Positions 1-13,390 of a DNA stretch of 64,000 bases are shown here, in pieces. A program made the translations under genes and the position numbers. Source of the DNA: Eledone cirrhosa. Lineage: Eukaryota. The stretch lies in assembly GCA_964016885.1 (NCBI GenBank), contig OZ024741.1:336660001-336724000 (forward strand), read 5' to 3'. The notes under the pieces are model-generated. The model was not told where the DNA came from. It worked only from the letters and a program-made list of their open reading frames with translations, and ran no database searches. Every line of letters begins with the position of its first letter. Position 1 is the first letter of the stretch.

Positions 1-55
1 TCTCTACTCCTTCTTCTTCTCATCATCATCATCATAATAATAATAATAATGATTT

Positions 56-460
56 CATTTATTAGCCACAAGGGCTGACATGTAGGGGACAATACAAAGA
101 CAGGGACAGTGGGGGTTTTCAATAAGGTGGAGTAAAAGTGCACAATGGCAAGACTAATTTAACAATGAAAATATAAAAATATAAAATAAACTATGCATAA
201 ATATAACAAAATAAATTCCCTGATAGGGGGTGTACGACCCTGGGGTGCTTCAGGTACCCCACCAATCCTGAACCACCCTGCGCTTCTAGGGCACCCAGGG
301 AGAGCACCCCTCTCCTCAAGTTAGCCAGCCTATAGGCGCATGGTCAGAGTAGGCCCATTCACACGAGCCATTCTCGCCACATTCACCCACCTTTTAGCAA
401 ATGTACTGGGGGGCAGCACTTCTCTCTCCACCCTCACCTTCCTTTCCAGGTGAAACTTGA
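56..460 (-). mobile_element. Tx1/L1-clade LINE 3' end fragment (ORF2 C-terminus + 3'UTR)
   Basis: Minus-strand FKFHLERKVRVEREVL...ARVNGPTLTMRL* matches the C-terminus of the larger element at 60790-63590. Shared terminal motif (plus strand tttatt.gccacaaggg). Bounded by (AAT)n. Confidence 0.8.
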
Positions 461-480
461 ATAATAATAATAATAATAAT

Positions 481-700
481 AATGGTTTCTTATATAGGCA
501 CAAGGCCAGCAATTTTTGGGGAAGGGAAAAGTCGATGAAATTGACCCCAGTGCGTGACTCATACTTTATTTTATCGACCCTGTAAGGATGAAAGGCAAAG
601 TTAACCTCGGCAGGATTTGAACTCAGAATAGAAAGGGATGTAACACTTTGCATCAAAGCATGGCGTCCGACCCTCTACCGATACTGATACTGCCGATAAT
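481..700 (-). mobile_element. tRNA-derived SINE family 1
   Basis: Reverse complement has B-box-like gagttcaaatcc and the central motif gcctttcatcctta..gggtcgataaaataaagta shared by more than 10 copies in the window. Confidence 0.85.
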
Positions 701-717
701 AATAATAATAATAAGGC

Positions 718-1629
718 TTTCTTTATTAACCACAAGGGTTTACATAAAGTAGACATTAAGGACAGTATAGGACAATACAGGACGGTACAAATGGGCATTT
801 CTGCGTATAAAATAAACAGAGGATATAATAAAAATAACAATGAAAAATTCCCCAATGGGGGGAGACTTCCGAAGAACATTTGTGGAGAAAGCCCATTAAA
901 AGGCCACAGTGACCCTGACCACCAGGGCAAGTGCCCTCTCCCAGTTTTCCACCTTTAATTTAAAGACACATACTCAGAGTAGGCCCATTCACTCGGGCCA
1001 TACTTGCTTCTTTCACCCATCTTTCAACAAAATGCTGGGAAGAGAGCACTTCCCTCTCTACCCTGATTTTCCTTTTCAAATGAAATTTGAAAAAGTTAAT
1101 CAGGGCATCACCGAAGAGGTAAATGCTCATCTTCAGCCCTTTCAAACGTGTCCACCATACTATCTCTTTCGCCATGGCCACCAGACAGATAAAAACTGCC
1201 TGCCCTTGCCGGCTAAAGGAAGAGGGCGGGGCAATCCTCACGATGGACTCAGCTGATAGCTGGATCCGTCCTACACGTGACAGCAGGTGTTCGACATAAA
1301 CCCACAAGTCAGCAATGCTCGGGCACTGGACGAGTGCACACCCTGTGCGCATCTCGTACATGCCCGGCTGACGGCACTTCCATGCCTGTAGAGTTTATCC
1401 CAAACTGGCAAAGCTCCTTGGTAGCACTGCCAGGCCAGGGATTTCTGGAAATTGTACATAGGCCCCGGCCCAAAAGTTCTTCCGAAGAGATTGGCTAGTT
1501 GATTTTCGTTGACGCCTAGAGTTTCCCCAAGTACATCATCGCTCTTCCCCTCCACTAATCCTCTATAGAATGCCAAGGTGGAGTTTCCACTGATCACATT
1601 GCCCGACTGGTCGAGGGCAGTGGGCGCCT
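718..1629 (-). mobile_element. Tx1/L1-clade LINE 3' fragment including the zf-RVT-like region
   Basis: ORFs 1271-1597 and 960-1361 (LANLFGRTFGPGPMYNFQKSLAWQCY..., ALVQCPSIADLW, FFKFHLKRKIRVERE) are homologous to 61053-61750. Frameshifted. Confidence 0.85.
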
Positions 1630-1639
1630 AATAATAATG

Positions 1640-1950
1640 AAATTATTGTGTATGGTGCTTAGGTGCACTCATCAAAGGTGCATTTATAGTACATAGAATA
1701 ATGTACAAATGTCAGGAAAGTGAACAGTATATGAGTCATGATATACTTGTGTGCATGTGTATGGAGGGGGTATATCAGGTGTAATGTTGGCGAATTTCAG
1801 GATGCATGGAGGTTTTAAAGGATGCAGTGTCTCGGCAGCTAACAATTGATGCAGGTAGTTTGTTCCATGCTCACCTATTCCTGGGAGGGTCATGAGAGCA
1901 AGGTTCAGCAGGTACCAGAGTCTTGAGATACATAACCTTTGTGCTTCCAT
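1640..1950 (-). mobile_element. CR1/L2-like LINE 3' end remnant
   Basis: Minus-strand translation resembles ...WNKLPASIVSCRDTASFKTSM..., typical of CR1-group ORF2 C-termini. Confidence 0.5.
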
Positions 1951-2296
1951 CCAATTTCTTCATAATTTAAAAATTAATTGAAATACATAGGTAGTATATT
2001 TTGTTAGAAATATCGTCAGAAAATAGTTAAACCTTTAAGATTATTTTAAAATTAAGTTTATCTTCTAGCAAAAACTATGTATATAACTCAAAATCTCAGT
2101 GCACACTCTTTAAGCCTAAATATTATAACCTCTGAATTAATATATCTTTTTTTTGCAAATATATTTTATTTATATTGGTACAAGGCATTGCTCTATGATT
2201 TAGAATGTGATACAACCACATGGTTTCAGTTTCAACTAATTCCACTTGTGTCCCATCATGAGCAAATGTCACTTTTGGCTGATTAATGCTTTTTAG

Positions 2297-2351
2297 GTGA
2301 AATTTAGTCAACAGAGACAAGATGCAACATGCCACTCACACATATTTGAAA
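2297..2351 (+). CDS. Putative host-gene exon A (VKFSQQRQDATCHSHIFE), phase 0 to 1
   Basis: ttttag acceptor and gtaggt donor. Only one frame is open. Non-repetitive and phase-compatible with the next exon. Confidence 0.45.
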
Positions 2352-2702
2352 GTAGGTTTTGCATTTTTTAAAAGCCGCCACAATGCAGATAACTATGAAT
2401 GTTAGTTGAATATGTTAGGAGATGTACCCCTGGAAATAGAAAGTGGACAGAAACACCTGCAGGAATCAAACCATGCATTTGCCATATGCAGGATAACTGC
2501 CAAATTGCATCTTGCCACTAATTATCATTTGTAAAAGCTTTAAGTGTTAAGCTAGATGTGCAAACAACATTTGGTAAATTTATGAGGCGCTGGGGAAATT
2601 TCAAATTTAAAAATTTGGTTTTATTCGTGTAAAACATATTTTCAAATTTTTCCCAAAGCTTTGTAACTTAACTATATATATATATATAATACTAAATAGT
2701 CA

Positions 2703-3220
2703 TACCGAATGTTTGGCACAGTAGCATCATTGTCAACTACTACAGGAGTAAAACAGATGCACTAGATAGAGGAAATTATAGAGGCATCAAGTTGATGGAC
2801 CTGAAAGCGCAGGTGATTAGGGCCCAGGTTAATCTAGATGAGATGCAGTTTGGAATTGTGCCAGGTAAAAGCACCACAGATGCTGTCTTCCTTATGAAGC
2901 AGCTACAGGAGAAGTACCTAGCTAAAAGTAAGCCACTCTACCTGGCATTTGTTGATCTGGAGAAAGCTTTTGACAATGATCCCAGTGCCATAATCTAATG
3001 AACTCTTAGAAAACTATGAGTAGATTAGTGGCTTGTGAAGGCTGTATGAGCCATGAATAGGGGAGTAGTCAGCAAAGTTAAGATTGACAATGACTATAGA
3101 GAGGAATTTAGCGTGCAGGTTGGCGTTTACCAGGGCTCTGTTCTTAGCCCTCTTCTGTTATCATACTGCAGGCTATAACAGGAGTTTAAGACTGGCTGCT
3201 CATGGAAATTCCTGTGCTTG
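2703..3220 (+). mobile_element. Degenerate RTE-clade RT fragment
   Basis: DEMQFGIVPGKSTTDAVFLMKQLQEKYLAKSKPLYLAFVDLEKAFD is nearly identical to the 57281-58775 copy. Stops follow downstream. Confidence 0.9.
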
Positions 3221-3237
3221 AAGGCCAATTAATTGCT

Positions 3238-3476
3238 TTAACCCTTTTGATACCAAACCACCTTAAATTGCCCCTCATTCTACAATGCAAAATTAATTAT
3301 TTTAAAGCATTCATATTTATCTAAAAAGCTCCCATCATAATTTTATGTAAGAAAATATCTTAAGTTACATTCCAAACATCAGCTTAATAATGAAAGAGTT
3401 AGTTGTATTATTAAATATCTCCAAATTTTTTATTATTTTCAAAATATTTTGAAAATTATAAGTTTTATTTGAAATA
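3238..3476. mobile_element. TTAA/CCC-ended MITE-like element interrupted by mariner
   Basis: Begins ttaacccttttgataccaa. The reverse-complement end ttggtatcaaaagggtta recurs at 16561-16578 and aaagggttaa ends occur at 43472 and 45005. Confidence 0.4.
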
Positions 3477-4306
3477 TGAGGTAGTATCAAAAAGTTCCCT
3501 GACTAGATATGTTTAAAAAAACTAATATATTTACCTAAGTTTTAACATCATTTCATTTGAAATAGTCTCCTTGTGCAACAATATACCAGTCCCAGTGTTC
3601 CTCCCACTTTTGGAATCTGGCCTGAAGTCATTTTCCGTAAGCGATTTGCTCTGGATCTGAGCAACAGGGTAAAAACAGTGACATCCGAGCTGCATTTTCA
3701 GCTTGGAGAAGAGATGGAAGTCTGCAGTTGCTAAATCAACTGAATAGGGTGGGTGTGGAAGTGATACAATGTTGTTTTGGGCAAGAAACTCATGAGTGAA
3801 GAGTGCTTGTTAACAGTGCATTGTCATTGTGAAGAAACCAGTTCTTCATGCCCCACAGATCTGGTTGCTTTCGCCAAACATTCTCCGTCAAACACCTCAA
3901 AATGTTGCAGTAGATTGACGGTCTGTCCCTGGCGGATGAATTCTTGATGCACAATACTGCGGATGTCAAAAAGAACAATGAGCATGCTCTTGATTGAGCT
4001 GTGGCTCTGTCATATCTTCTTTGGTGGTGGAGAGGAAGGGCTTTTCCACTGTCAACTACTGCTTTGTCTCAAGGTCATACCCATAGACCCAACTTTCATC
4101 ACCTGAGATGATCCTCGACATGAAGGATGGGTTATCAGTGGCATGCTGATGAAGATCTTGACAGGCTTTGTGAAGTGAACTCAGTGATGTTAATCAGCAC
4201 ACTGGTGCATGAAGGTCACTAACAACTCTCACTGTACATGCAACCATTTGTTGCCATCTGTTAGCATGCTACAGAACTAGTCCAGAAACTTTTTGATACC
4301 ACCTCG
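3477..4306 (-). mobile_element. Internally deleted mariner (Tc1/mariner) transposon
   Basis: ~30-bp TIRs (tgaggtagtatcaaaaagttccctgactag / ctagtccagaaactttttgataccacctcg), TA on both sides, and transposase remnant YCNILRCLTENVWRKQPDLWGMKNWFLHNDNA. Confidence 0.9.
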
Positions 4307-4419
4307 TATGTTAAGGGAAGGCTTAGTGAAGGTAGACTTTAACCATTTCTTTTTAGGTGGATTATATTCCAGTATCTCTTTTAGGGAATTTGATATCAGC
4401 TGTGATATATACAGAGACT

Positions 4420-4745
4420 GTAGAGAAATAAAGTGAACATGCTTCATTGGATGTTTAATGAACTGAGAGAAAAGCTGGGTATAAGAGGAATCAGATGTAG
4501 TATGTACAAGAGAGAAGACTGCGCTAGTACAGACATGTGATGTGAATGAATGAATGCTGGGTGTGATAAAACTAGAGGGAGACCCACAAAAAAACAGAGC
4601 AAGGGTTATGAGAGCTGATCTTGAAATTCTGAACCTCAAAGTGGAGATTATGAAGTAATATTATGAGTGGAAGGAAGCTGTACTGGAAAGGATCTGTCAA
4701 ATCGATATAAACATGGAAAAACAGATATAGAACAGACATGCTATT
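4420..4745 (+). mobile_element. Old RTE LINE 3' remnant
   Basis: Decayed ...ELREKLGIRGIRCS...QERRL region homologous to 58500-58570. Confidence 0.6.
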
Positions 4746-4969
4746 TTATAGCATCTCCATGCTTGAGCACACCATTCTTTATATTTACCTTTCCTTTACA
4801 TTGTTTCTAACCATTCTTCTAAATAAGTGGAGACAGCATAGTGTCCCTTGTATTAACTATTAGCAATAGTTCAGAACACTACATTTTTAATAGAACTATA
4901 TACAAAATCATGAATCTTTCAGTCAAGAAACCAACCTTTCTTCATTTATTTCTTTGTTTATTTATGTAG

Positions 4970-5040
4970 TTATATATATATATATTTATTCATTTATTTA
5001 GTATTTATTTATCTATGTATTTGTTTATTTATTTATTTGT

Positions 5041-5083
<43 letters not shown>

Positions 5084-5100
5084 TTTGTTTGTTTGTTTGT
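4970..5100. repeat. (ATTT)n/(GTTT)n microsatellite
   Basis: Direct inspection. Confidence 0.9.
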
Positions 5101-5149
5101 CTAAATTTGATATTGCATTTGGTGAACAACAGTATATCATTGGTTCCAG

Positions 5150-5190
5150 GTTTCCAACTGACCAATCGCTGGCTCACTACGTTTCTGATG
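5150..5190 (+). CDS. Putative host-gene exon B ((S)[13 protein letters not shown]), phase 1 to 0
   Basis: ttccag acceptor and atg|gtaaaa donor. 41 nt bridges the phase-1 end of exon A to the phase-0 start of exon C. Confidence 0.45.
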
Positions 5191-5294
5191 GTAAAAGTGA
5201 CAAGAGAAAGTCTACTACACAAGTCAGGCAGAACAAATACCTCACAAAAACACACCAGTTATTTTTGGTTTTCTTGCCAATGTTTACATCTTTC

Positions 5295-5900
<606 letters not shown>

Positions 5901-6014
5901 TGCCAACATCAAGGAGACATGTTGGTGTATCCTAGATTTGTTGGTGTTGTCCTCTTATCAGTTTACTGTATTCTACTGTGTCCCATTTTGATAACTTATT
6001 TCTGTTGTACACAG

Positions 6015-6174
6015 AAATATTTTCAAAGGACTGCTGAAACACCTGTTAACAAGAGGGATAAAGACAGCACAGATAATGCCCCTTACTGTTATAGTGAGAT
6101 GTCAATGGTATCTTGTGCTGATAGTGGCCGAGCATTCAGTGAGGGAAACCTGCATCATTATGAAGAGCAAAGAG
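6015..6174 (+). CDS. Putative host-gene exon C ([10 protein letters not shown]...HHYEEQR), phase 0 to 1
   Basis: tgtacacag acceptor, ag|gtaggt donor, 160 nt open, protein-like composition. Confidence 0.6.
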
Positions 6175-6829
6175 GTAGGTATGAATAAAACAAAAATAAA
6201 AATTTGAAAATGTACTAATTATGTAATTTAATGTTTGTGTGTGTTTATCCACTCCATATGCTTTCATATAACATCATCTTCTTCATCATCATTGTCATCT
6301 CTCTCTCTCTTCTTGTGTCATCCTTCCATAGAAGATAAAGCATTCATTTTGCTTTTTCTAATGGCTAGAATCTATGTAGCTTGCTACACTTGTATACTCA
6401 TAAATTTCTCCACTAACTGGAGCAGTTGAGCCAATCCCTTTTTGAATTAATAGTAAATCATCTGTGAAAGCACTGATGTTCATGATGTTGAGGTTATCTA
6501 ATTAAACTGATGATTGTCACATGAGCTACTGCTAACTATGAGATAAGAAGGGTCTTTATTGAGGTTTACTCCTCTAAATCTGACCCATTCTGCGAGAATA
6601 TCTTGTGATAGCCATATCAGAGGCATCTCATTTAGAATGTGGCCTTTCACCTTCATGGTTGCTCTTTGAACTGAAAGAGGCTAGATGCTCAGCTTGAATG
6701 AGCATATATTGCATGTCATCAGTTCACTGAGTGCTATGTTGAATAGACACTTGGACACACGGGGATGTCACAAAAAAACCTCCCAGTGCATCATAATCAT
6801 CAATATCTGCTTTCCCTGCTAGAATGGAT

Positions 6830-7680
6830 CAAGTGTTTCCTAACAAACGGAGCCCAACATGATTAGTCGAAGGAGTACAATCAAGCCCAGCCAAAGTCAG
6901 TAGTGGCATTCCACAAGGCACTGTGTTAGGCCCATTTCTCTTCATTAACTATATCAATGACATTACTGATATAATCAAGCATAGCAACATAAGAATCTTT
7001 GAAGGTGATTCCAAGCTCTGGAAGGTCATCAAAGGAGTGGGTGACTGAACATGCCTTCAATCAGACCTACTTGCTGTTATCCAATGGGCAGAAAAGAACA
7101 ATACACTTCTGAACAAGGATAAATTTGAATTAATCTACATTCGAAAAGAGGATGCACTGAAACTCTCATATACTCTTCCCTCGGGTGAAACCCTCATGGC
7201 ATCCAATGTCAGAGACCTGGAAATAATTGTTGATAACAATATAAACTGGGTTACACATATAAACAGCAAAGTTGACATGGCCCGCACAATGTATTCCTGC
7301 ATTCTCAGAACTTTCCAGTTGAGAGATATCCACACTATTATCCTTCTCTTCTCTACTTTTTCCAGACCCCTCTTTTAATACTGTTGTCCACTGTGGTCTA
7401 CCCACATAAATCAAAGTAATATGAAAATTGAAGCACTTCAAAGGTCAATCACACAAAAAAAAAGATGGTATAATAGACCTTTACTATTGGGGTTGACTAG
7501 AAAAGCTTAAACTCTACACTCTCCAATGCTGCCATGAGCGCTAGATTATCTGCATAATGTGGAAAATATTCCATCGGCATTGCTCAAATGATGTTGGCAT
7601 CATCTTTAAAGTACAACTGAGGCTTGGACCCCATGCTTTCAACCCACTACAAAAATCAAATGTCTTCACTAGTCAATTCT
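6830..7680 (+). mobile_element. CR1/L2-group LINE RT remnant
   Basis: SSGIPQGTVLGPFLFINYINDI...IFEGDSKL (decayed FADD), VRDLEIIVDNNINWVTHI. Contains stops. Confidence 0.85.
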
Positions 7681-7769
7681 GTATCTTCTTCAATGACTCT
7701 TTTAAATATTTTGAGAGGTCTTCTGCATTTATTTTTCACATTAGTGGGCTCGCATAATAAAGGTTTTTT

Positions 7770-8060
7770 AGCAGGTTCGTTGCCTTTCATGACATGACAG
7801 AATATAAACAGAAGGATAGCACAAGAAGGGTCTGCTGTGAATATGCTAGATAAGGTGTGGGAATCTAACCACAAAAATAAAGCTACAGTGGAATTGATCT
7901 TACCGTATTCCTATGAATCATGGTCAGTAACAATATCTATCACATAAACGTTAAATAGTTGCTATATACGAATGCTAAAAAGGATAGAAAATATCAAACC
8001 TCTCAACCATATTATGAACAAAATTCTTTGCAGCAACCTCTCACCCATGAGCCACACCAC
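7770..8060 (+). mobile_element. RTE-like LINE remnant (separate family)
   Basis: TVELILPYSYESWSVT...LNSCYIRML resembles the RTE motif LLYGCETWTL...LDGCYTRML. Confidence 0.55.
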
Positions 8061-9197
8061 CCATATCAGGCTTTTTTAAAGTCAATTAAATTGAATCACT
8101 CTCTTCAGATATGAAGTGCAATGTGGGTATGAAGGGAGATAATTCAGTCATGTAACAAATAAAAGATGAGTTGAGATTGGAAAGTAGTTTAAGAATTGAA
8201 GGTAACTGTGTCATAAGGAGGTTGCAGAAAACAAAGGGAAGCAGTATCAAGATCAGATCTTAGAATGATGTGTCACAAAGACAATTTGACACAGGTTCAA
8301 GAAAGGGGAAAAGTAGCAAGATCAGACCTTAGAATGTCTCAATGGTGATATGTTGAATGGCAACCTTGTATAAGCCATACCAATATGAAAGAGTTATGTT
8401 AAAATTATCTTGATGATGTATACACCAAACACAAGAACATCAATATGTGTGTGTGTATAGCTTTTCATAAGGCATTGCAATGGGAAAATACACACACACA
8501 CAAACACATATATACATATATAGACATATATGTATATACACAAATATATATATATCATCATCATCGCCGTTTTTCCATGCTAGCATGGGTTAAATATATA
8601 TACACACATAAATGCACACACACATATATATATACATATGTACATACGTATATATACATACATACAGATACACATATATATATATACATACACACACACA
8701 CATATATATATACATATTCTTACACACATATATACACACATCAGCACATATCGATAGAAAGACTGTGACTCTTGGTTTCATGTTTTACTGATTATCAGGC
8801 AATGTAGTAAATGTGATACCTTTCTATTTATATACACTTCATCAAGAATATGACAGTGTAATGAGAGGGTTCAAAGTTGAGATTGAAGACAACCAAACAT
8901 TATAACACAATGAGTATTCTATAGTTGTAGTTGCCCCTGTGGGAAAATAAGCTTATCGACCAAATGATTTTAAACATTACTTGGTAGAATTCATTCTATT
9001 CAACACTAATGGAGGATGTGACAGTCTCAGAAAGTACTGATATTGTTCCAGCATCCATTTTACTGCTAATGAAGGAAATATTGCACAGTAAAAGCTCTTT
9101 GTAAAATATACAGGGTGATTTAAAAAATTAGATAATATTTAAGATGTAAATATCCCCAATTGTGAATTAGTATTATTGTATTGACATAATAATACTA

Positions 9198-9420
9198 AGG
9201 GTGGTGTATTGGCAGTGTTGGTAGAGCATCGGACAACACTCTTTGTGGCATATAGTTATGTCCCTTTATATTCTGAGTTCAAATTCTGCCAAGATTAGCT
9301 TTGCCTGTCATTCCTTATGGGGTCAATAAAATAAAATACCAGTAATACACTGAGGTTGTTTTAACCAATTTTCCTATCCCCAAATATTGTTGACTTTGTG
9401 CCTAAATCAGAAACCATTAT
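9198..9420 (+). mobile_element. tRNA-derived SINE family 1 (diverged)
   Basis: A-box-like tggcagtgttggtagagc, B-box gagttcaaat, family central domain. Confidence 0.8.
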
Positions 9421-9682
9421 GTTAAATAATTATGAGAACATATCTTATGCTGCCCAACATTAAGCCTGCTCAATATTATTCTAGACTTTGTAGTTTCTGG
9501 GATATTTACATCTCAAATGATATTTTTTTGAAACGAAGCAAGTTAATTGTACAAGTTGTGCATATATCGAGCTATGGCATTAGTTGGAATGAATTCCATA
9601 CTGGTTGGAGCAGATGAAGGTTGCTATTTCCCACCCCATCAGATGTTTCCCTGGCAGCTTGGAGGCAATCCAGAATACTATA

Positions 9683-9747
<65 letters not shown>

Positions 9748-9748
<1 letters not shown>

Positions 9749-9948
9749 GTTTCATCTCACCCCCTTTTTTCTATATGTCTCTCCACCACTCCCCTACACA
9801 CCCTTGGAACTGTCTTCCCACACGCTTTTCACCTGAAGAAGGGCTTATACCCGAAACGTCGTTCCCCACCACCACCCCACTCTCAAGAGCGTGAAACTAA
9901 TAAACCTTTGTTCGTACTGCCTCTCTGTTTTGTTCCCGTTCAATTTTT

Positions 9949-9951
<3 letters not shown>
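9748..9951 (+). mobile_element. PLE 3' end/pLTR fragment with HHR-like core at 9833-9860
   Basis: Closely matches 56620-56795, which follows a GIY-YIG C-terminus. Core CTGAAGA-agggcttataccc-GAAACGTC. Flanked by (TA)n. Confidence 0.75.
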
Positions 9952-9984
<33 letters not shown>

Positions 9985-9987
<3 letters not shown>

Positions 9988-10300
9988 AAAGGTATGTATG
10001 TAAAAGGTAAACAGAAATAACAACACAATTAGTACAGTATATGGAAGGATTATATTAGGTTAACGCTTGAAATAGCAGGAAGAGGGACTTAACGTTTTGG
10101 TGGATGCTAGTCCTCCATCAGAAGAAAGAATGAGAAATTAGAAAGATTGACGGATCAGGCAGGGCTGAATCGGAAAAAATGTTTTTAGACAAAAATAATG
10201 GGTCCATTCATGTTGCCATCTCTTGGAAAACTGTTGATGCTGTCGATTTTTTAGAAAAGTGGATGATGGATCACGTCTACCTGAAATGGAAAAAAAAACG
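9985..10300 (-). mobile_element. Related PLE 3' end, tail-to-tail with the previous one, degenerate HHR at 10088-10124
   Basis: Minus strand ctt-CTGATGG-aggactagcatccacc-AAAACGTT-aag, followed by a tail resembling that of 9860-9950. Confidence 0.5.
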
Positions 10301-10677
10301 TTTTGTATAAAGAGCTATACGTATGTGTATGCATAGTATTATGGATTTAACAGAAGGCAAAGACAATGTGTAGACAACATACAAATGACAACAACTATAG
10401 ATACTCAAAAGTCATTTAGTTTAATAGTTTAAAGTGCTAAGCAGGTATTTGAGAGGTACAGAGTTCGATTTTTTCCATTTATATTTTAACCATTTTCTAA
10501 GCAATCAAATATGGTTACAGTTATTTATCTATATATACATATTTATTTGTGGCACCTGTTTTACTTCAAAGTTTTGTTAAAAATACTGGCTTTCCAAAGC
10601 AATTTACCTTTTACTTAAAAAGCAGGGAAAATGTGAAAATGTAATATTAACTGTTTGTTTTACACCAGTTAGTACAA

Positions 10678-11036
10678 CTAGCTGACGTACCCAGCTTCGC
10701 CCAGGTAAACAGAAGATAAGAGAAGACAGGTAAAAGAGAAAATGACTGTATTGGATGTTTGTCTGGTTACAGTATGAGGCGAGTCCGTGGTGTTTGTGTG
10801 ATACAAAAAACAGTAAAAAAAATCTTCCAGATATACCAGATTCTTCGTTGTAGGGTTTGTGCATAGTATATGAACAATTCTAGGTGCTCCCACCTAGAAT
10901 AGTGACCTCTAGGAGATGGTTCATCTTCTGCCTGACTGTAAAACGTGTATCATTGCATAGATATGGTTGTTCCATGATTCTCAAAAGGATGATGGAAGTT
11001 CCAATCTTTTATATTATATGTAGATATAGATATAGA
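10678..11036 (-). mobile_element. Non-autonomous Helitron
   Basis: Minus strand reads A|TCTATATCTAT...cctgggcgaagctggg (subterminal hairpin relic) tacgtcagCTAG|T: 5'-TC, 3'-CTAG and an A/T insertion site. Confidence 0.65.
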
Positions 11037-12657
11037 TAATTAATATAAAAGATGTTCGTCAATGTAAAAAATAGGTCCATATTTACTCCCTTCACAACTC
11101 TGTGTATGTTAGACTAACAGACAGGCACACAGACAGATAAACTGCGTGGCGATTGTGGGATGCCGCACGTACACACACATACACGCATGGAAAGGCGCAC
11201 ACGCACGCAAACTTACACACACGCACACACTCACACATGTTGATAGTTTTTTACTTTCTGTGGAACGCTACACACACACACATAAACATACGCGCACGTA
11301 CATACACACGCACACATGTTAATAGTTATTGCTTTCCTTCCCCTCTTATTTCCACACACATCACACACACACATGTCTCTACACTGACACATATACATAG
11401 TGTTCACTTTGCCTCTCTCTCTCCCCTCTCACTCCCTCATTGGCATTATGCATATTAATTTAAGTTTGGCGTCGTTGAGGTGGGCGGAGTCGTTTGAAAC
11501 CTATGAACCAATGATAATCGAGAATTATGTCACATGGAATAATGACATTGTTGAAATTAATATATAGATACGAAATTCATTTACCACATGGCTAAATTAA
11601 CATGTGGTAAATGCTTCCTGCTCCTATATCCTTTTTTCTATTTGTTTTCTTACCCCTTCCATGCTTCACCTTTTCTTTAGCCCCACCAATGCATGTATTG
11701 GTTTTTACTACATCTACCCACTACCTATTACCTAAATTTGATTACTGTTCAATATATTAAAATGTTCATCACAATAGCGCTATTTTGAAATGTTGGTAGT
11801 TTGGGCAGAAATTTGAAACAGTCACTACTAATGATAAATCTTATTTTGACTTCATAAATAGTATATGAAGCCATCTTTCCATGCATGTTTATGCAAACCT
11901 ATCATCAAACATTTATATATCTATATATATGAATGTGCATATGCATATTTATGTCTTTGTGTGTGTGTCTTTGTGTGGGTATTTGTGTGTGATAGATCAT
12001 AACTTATTCTCATTATTGATTCAACACACGTTTCTAACTAAATTTCTAACACGTGCAAGCTAGTACATAACTTCCATAGAGCTATACATAAAAGAGTAGT
12101 TGGTATATTCTAGCTGAAATCTGCTGTATAAACAGAAATAGATAACATAGAAATATGAATTAAATTGGACATAATTATAGTTGCTATTTTTTTGTAAATT
12201 TTAAAGTAAATATAAAGTAATACACATCTAGAGATATAAGTGTTCATTTCTGTCAATTAATATCACATTTTCTTTTCAAATTCTTATCTATATGAATCTA
12301 TTACTTTTACGATATATTGTATTAATTTAACTTACAATATATCTGGTCAATTTATAAAATCATTTTTATACGGCATTAAAGACATATGTTTAATCCAAAT
12401 CATTATTTTGTTTTCCTAAATTATGATTTATTAAAATCAAAATGTGTTATGGAAAATAATTTTCTTTTACCAAAAACCACAATATTAGTGAAAAATTGGT
12501 GCAAAACATATTTTGAATAGACTATATATATATATTTCTTTAATATATACATTCTTTTATCATTGGACGTGTGAATCTGGAAGCTTTGAAGCTTGAGACA
12601 GAAAGAATTCCTATAATATTAATAGGTTTTATATATATATATATTCTTTTTTATAAG

Positions 12658-12815
12658 GTTGGTGTTAGGAAGGGCATCCAGCTGTAGAAACCAAGCCAAA
12701 TCAGTTCCTGTATGAGCAAGGCATGGTCAGCCGACCAGACACTGCCCACAACAGGACAACCCATCTAACCCATGCTAGCGTGGAAGAACGGACGTAAAAC
12801 GGTGATGATGATGAT
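12658..12815 (+). mobile_element. RTE-family 3'UTR/tail fragment
   Basis: ggttggtgttaggaagggcatccagctgtagaaa...ggacgtaaaacggtgatgatgatg matches the 3' ends at 48926-49090 (reverse complement) and 51240-51385. Confidence 0.85.
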
Positions 12816-12953
12816 TGACCAACTGAGCTGTGTATGCAACACTCCAATCAGTAAATAAAGATGCAATTAGGTTCAAGCACTCAACGACATGTGTATCCCT
12901 CCAAATGTGATTTGGTAGTCCATGATGGAGTATATATACATATATATATGTTT

Positions 12954-12990
<37 letters not shown>

Positions 12991-12999
12991 AGTATTGGT

Positions 13000-13390
13000 G
13001 CTCTGAAATAGCGATGTATACATGAATGTATGTATAGTATATTTGGCAATATACCGTATGTTTAATTAAAAACATTTTCAAGACCATACGCTATGAGTTT
13101 TAAAGTAGTGACTATGTCACTTACTTATCCTCAGAAAAAACAACAGAGAGTGATCGTCAGACAGTCTGTTTCTTGCTTGTTAGCGTTTATCAAGACCACA
13201 CACTGCTGCCTTTGCCGAGAATTATAGAAGCTGGATTCTTATAGAATTCCAGTAATAATCAGAAGCTGATTAAACAGAGTGATTGCCGGTCCAGCAAAAA
13301 TTAGGTATTAATATTCTCTGAAATAGTGATGTATACATGAATGTTTGTATAGTATATTTGGCAATATACTGTATGTTTAATATGATGGCT
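13000..13390 (-). mobile_element. Probable PLE terminal region with a partial direct repeat and degenerate HHR at 13086-13136
   Basis: ~65-bp direct repeat (13010-13075 / 13316-13381). Minus strand CTGAGGA-taagtaagtgacatagtcactacttt-AAAAC. Confidence 0.4.

Noticed and set aside
5150-5222. Alternative exon B ([24 protein letters not shown], donor gtcagg)
   Set aside because: Weaker donor and phase-incompatible with exon A. Not excluded without RNA data.
10140-10300. Minus-strand exon after a strong ttttccatttcag acceptor
   Set aside because: Lies within a PLE-like terminal island and no consistent partner exons were found.
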